A stretch of DNA of 63,080 nt, filler included, from Octopus bimaculoides (lineage: Eukaryota), in the NCBI RefSeq assembly GCF_001194135.2. It is 9 parts of 9 records of this genome, joined end to end, with 100 filler letters (N's around TTAATTAATTAA, not from the genome) between each part and the next. Parts side by side here need not be neighbours in the genome. Positions count along the whole stretch, not along the records: positions 57,407 to 59,239 come from NW_026335431.1; positions 59,340 to 61,142 come from NC_068996.1; positions 61,243 to 63,080 come from NC_068986.1; 6 more parts are not named here. One strand, written 5' to 3'. The position numbers were made by a program, and so were the translations under genes. Of this stretch, positions 59,226-63,080 are shown in pieces. The notes beneath the pieces were generated by a model. That model saw only the letters and a list, made by a program, of their open reading frames with translations. It did not search any database and was not told where the DNA came from. The first letter of the stretch is position 1. Every line of letters begins with the position of its first letter.

Positions 59226-59339
59226 GGAACACTACCACCNNNNNNNNNNNNNNNNNNNNNNNNNNNNNNNNNNNNNNNNNNNNTTAATTAATTAANNNNN
59301 NNNNNNNNNNNNNNNNNNNNNNNNNNNNNNNNNNNNNNN

Positions 59340-59384
<45 letters not shown>

Positions 59385-59399
59385 TATATATATATATAT

Positions 59400-59533
59400 G
59401 GGTGGAGGAGTGGCAGTGTGGTAAGTAGCTTGCTTAACAACCACATGGTTCTGGGTTTAGTCCCACTGCGTGACACCTCCGGCAAGTGGACCAAAGCCTT
59501 GTCAGCCCGTCATATATACATACATACACACAC

Positions 59534-59600
<67 letters not shown>

Positions 59601-59614
59601 TGTGNNNNNNNNNN

Positions 59615-59645
<31 letters not shown>

Positions 59646-59764
59646 TGTGTGTATATATATGTATATGTATAAATGTATGTATATTTGTGTTTGTGTGTCT
59701 GTTGTCTGTGTGTGTACCCCCACCATCGCTTGACAAACGATTCTCGTGTGTTTACGTCCCTGTA
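59400..59764 (+). mobile_element. SINE family A, 5' half + expanded internal (TA)(TG)n + start of 3' half
   Basis: gaggagtggcagtgtggtaagtagcttgcttaacaaccacatggttctgggtttagtcccactgcg...cccaccatcgcttgacaa. Confidence 0.85.
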
Positions 59765-60099
59765 TTTACATGCTTGTATGTTTACATGTATATGCTAGTC
59801 TAGCAGAAATAACTTTCTTTCGGGAGGTTGGGTATCGTCAGTAGATATCTTATTTCTATTTAACTAACTACCGTGTTTTTTAATGTCTCTCCGTTTTAGA
59901 TAATTAATAGTTTTTAAATTGATGTTTGTTTTTCAATTTCACTGAGACTTCGTATTAATTCATTTTGCATGATACATTATTCTCCTTATGACTGAGAATT
60001 GTGTATATGTATTTATGTATGTATGCATGTATGTATGTATGTATGTATGTATGCGTGTTTATCTATGCGTGTGTGTGCATATGCATATATATATATGAG

Positions 60100-60145
60100 A
60101 GAGACAGAGACAGACAGAGAGAGAGACAGACAGACAGACAGACAC

Positions 60146-60184
<39 letters not shown>

Positions 60185-60197
60185 GTCAGACAGACAA

Positions 60198-60228
<31 letters not shown>

Positions 60229-60265
60229 AACAGACAAACAGACAGATATATATATAGATAGATAG
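60100..60265. repeat. (GACA)n / (GATA)n microsatellite
   Basis: Direct reading of the sequence. Confidence 0.95.
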
Positions 60266-60567
60266 ATGTAAATGTGCGTGTGTGTGTGTGTATACATTTA
60301 CACATTTATGAAGTTGTGTTGCAAGATTCCTGATGGGGAAACCGTGCATTGAAATAGATATTACACTTCCGAATGGTCATTTCTTTTCTTTTTTGCCAAA
60401 TAAAAACACACACCATATATTCGTTCTTCACAAGTTTATTACTGTTCTAATGTTATCTTCTGTACATTGTCCAGTAACCTTTCAACAAGCAAATGTTCCC
60501 TCTTCAGCAAACTATTCCATCCATGTGTATCCTCCTGCTCCGCTTAGTGCATACTGTCCTTCTATGA

Positions 60568-60627
<60 letters not shown>

Positions 60628-60651
60628 GTGTTTTTCTCCTTGTCTCCGTAT

Positions 60652-60688
60652 TCTTTCTGTTGAAGAGCGTAGCTCGAAACGTCAAAGA
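60652..60688 (+). ncRNA. Minimal type-I hammerhead ribozyme motif within a ~160-bp element embedded in (TA)n
   Basis: TCTTT-CTGTTGA-A-GAGC(GTA)GCTC-GAAA-CG-TC-AAAGA: 5-bp helix I, 4-bp helix II, palindromic ACGT helix III, GUC site. The core A6 is U. Confidence 0.7.
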
Positions 60689-60830
60689 CTTTCCGTATTC
60701 CCGAGCGTCATACTAATACATCCTTTTGTTATTTACACCACCTGTCCTCGTCTGTTGTTGTTTTTTCGTATATTCTCCCATATATATTATAATATAGTAT
60801 AGTATATAATATACTGTAAATATAATTATA

Positions 60831-60997
60831 CGGTCTCAATTTATCGTGACTGTAGAAAATAGTCTAATGCTAGGGTATATAAAACCCCGAAGGAAAGAAA
60901 TGAACATTACTATGCGTAATAATGTCATTTTTTTCTGCTAGGGGTTTATATGCCCTAATGTTAGGTTATTTTCTAAAGTCAGGATAAGGTGAGAACT
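60831..60997. mobile_element. Palindromic MITE (~55-bp imperfect TIRs), TA-flanked
   Basis: tctcaatttatcgtgactgtagaaaatagtctaatgctagggtatataaaacccc versus the reverse complement of ggggtttatatgccctaatgttaggttattttctaaagtcaggataaggtgaga. Confidence 0.75.
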
Positions 60998-61100
60998 AAT
61001 AATTATATTTAGAATATTTCCACTTGTCACCGTCTCATATCTTACACCTTACACGGAATTTATATATATATATACATATATATATATAAAAAGAAATATA

Positions 61101-61142
<42 letters not shown>

Positions 61143-61684
61143 NNNNNNNNNNNNNNNNNNNNNNNNNNNNNNNNNNNNNNNNNNNNTTAATTAATTAANN
61201 NNNNNNNNNNNNNNNNNNNNNNNNNNNNNNNNNNNNNNNNNNACACACACACACACACACACACACATATGGAAAATAGGACAAGGTAGAAAATGCTAAA
61301 ATGATTTTATCATGAAGTACATTTTAGCACCAGTCTCCGTCTTTTAGACTTTTTCAACTAAGAGTAAAATAAGAAAAACGTTTAAATTGGAGAACAAAAT
61401 TAATGAAATGTTTTGTAGATATTTTAATAGTCTTTGAATATGTAAATATTTCCATAGGAGGAATAGCACTGCGTACAAACTCTATACTTGGAATGACCAA
61501 TTTTGAATACTATTGGATTTTACTAACAAGGTATTGGAATCTTATATGTATACCATTCTGCCTAAATAATGGATCTACAAATGCAATATCCCTGCATATC
61601 TCACATCTATTTTCATTCCTCCACTTCACTCTCTATTTCGTATCTTATTTAAAATAACTATTGCTTAACCATCTTCTCACACCG

Positions 61685-61730
61685 TCTCCGATGAAGGGAT
61701 ATAATAAATATCCTGGAAACAGCTGTAAGA
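61685..61730 (+). ncRNA. Type-I hammerhead ribozyme motif (Penelope-type 3' end)
   Basis: TCT-CCGATGA-A-gGGATAT(aataa)ATATCCt-g-GAAA-CAGCTG-TA-AGA: palindromic ACAGCTGT helix III, GUA site, U4C core variant. Confidence 0.65.
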
Positions 61731-61978
61731 ACTACTAATAAATGTTCTAAAATCTTCACAGCCTTGGGTTTTTTTAATCTCATTCTGAAACTTAAAAAAA
61801 AAATTAATATATACACATGCTGATATACGACCTACGTTGGACTCCTTATTCGCATAATCACCGAACCTGGAGCTTAACTATGGTCTATCCATAGCACTTA
61901 CTCAGTATTACCTGACACCTTTGGGTCTTATTAACACCATTACCTCTCATAACCTATACATATATGTATATATATATA

Positions 61979-62027
<49 letters not shown>

Positions 62028-62470
62028 NNNNNNNNNNNNNNNNNNNNNNNNNNNNNNNNNNNNNNNNNNNNNNNNNNNNNNNNNNNNNNNNNNNNNNNNN
62101 NNNNNNNNNNNNNNNNNNNNNNNNNNNNNNNNNNNNNNNNNNNNNNNNNNNNNNNNNNNNNNNNNNNNNNNNNNNNNNNNNNNNNNNNNNNNNNNNNNNN
62201 NNNNNNNNNNNNNNNNNNNNNNNNNNNNNNNNNNNNNNNNNNNNNNNNNNNNNNNNNNNNNNNNNNNNNNNNNNNNNNNNNNNNNNNNNNNNNNNNNNNN
62301 NNNNNNNNNNNNNNNNNNNNNNNNNNNNNNNNNNNNNNNNNNNNNNNNNNNNNNNNNNNNNNNNNNNNNNNNNNNNNNNNNNNNNNNNNNNNNNNNNNNN
62401 NNNNNNNNNNNNNNNNNNNNNNNNNNNNNNNNNNNNNNNNNNNNNNNNNNNNNNNNNNNNNNNNNNNNNN

Positions 62471-62516
<46 letters not shown>

Positions 62517-62554
62517 GTGTGTGTGCGTGTGTGTGTGTGTGTGTGTGTCTGTGT

Positions 62555-62650
62555 GTGGATGTATAAATTAAGTACCAGTTGTGTATTGGAGACGATCTAA
62601 TCGACTGGCTCCCTCCCCAAAAATTTCGGGTCTTGTGCCTAGAGTAGAAA
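62555..62650 (+). mobile_element. SINE family B 3' part
   Basis: ataaattaagtaccagttgtgtattggagacgatctaatcgactggctccctccccaaaaatttcgggtcttgtgcc. Confidence 0.8.
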
Positions 62651-63080
62651 AGAATATGTATTATATGTACCTCTATCAGCGTGTGTGTGTATGTGTGCGT
62701 GTGTGTGTATGTGTGTGAATGTGTATGTGTGTATAACATTGACATGCATACACCCATACATGCAAACAAACGCAGCACACATTCGTAGTCACGTATATTA
62801 TCTTACAAGATACATATATATGCATATTAATTGTGAAAGATACATCCACATAAATATACATTCAAAAATACCTTATACATACATGCATGCATCATACATA
62901 CACACATACATACATACATACATACATACATACATACACATATATATGTTTGTATATATGTATATGTATATAAAAATATATGGATACATACATACATATA
63001 AATAATATATAAATATATATTTATGCATACAAACAAATACATCCGTTGAAACATAAATAGTATACGTTTTTCTTTTTCTT

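Overview
AT-rich, gap-ridden animal genomic DNA with no recognisable intact host gene, rRNA, tRNA or CRISPR. The SINE and LINE families resemble those of octopus (inference: probably an Octopus draft assembly). Contents: (1) at least three tRNA-derived SINE families in many copies, often nested; (2) two long degenerate RTE LINEs (20.9-23.2 kb and 32.6-34.9 kb, minus strand), many RTE 3' ends and a BovB-type RTE C-terminus with a C2H2 finger; (3) fragments of Penelope-like (RT + C-terminal GIY-YIG), CRE, R4/Dong and ORF1-bearing LINE retroelements; (4) DNA-transposon remnants (mariner, Tigger/pogo, Tc1, Helitron) and several MITEs; (5) dense microsatellites. The most notable observations are: a 242-bp MITE with 31-bp TIRs and an 8-bp TSD whose interior is degenerate telomeric TTAGGG repeat; several minimal type-I hammerhead ribozyme motifs; a PHD-like zinc finger inside the RTE reverse transcriptase region; a splice acceptor shared upstream of both RTE ORFs; a nearly in-frame Tigger/mariner junction; and a 470-bp tandem duplication with perfect 36-bp hairpins ending in a CRE+ETS motif pair. 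All family assignments come from manual translation and motif recall, not database searches. Most long ORFs in the supplied track are artefacts of N gaps and microsatellites.
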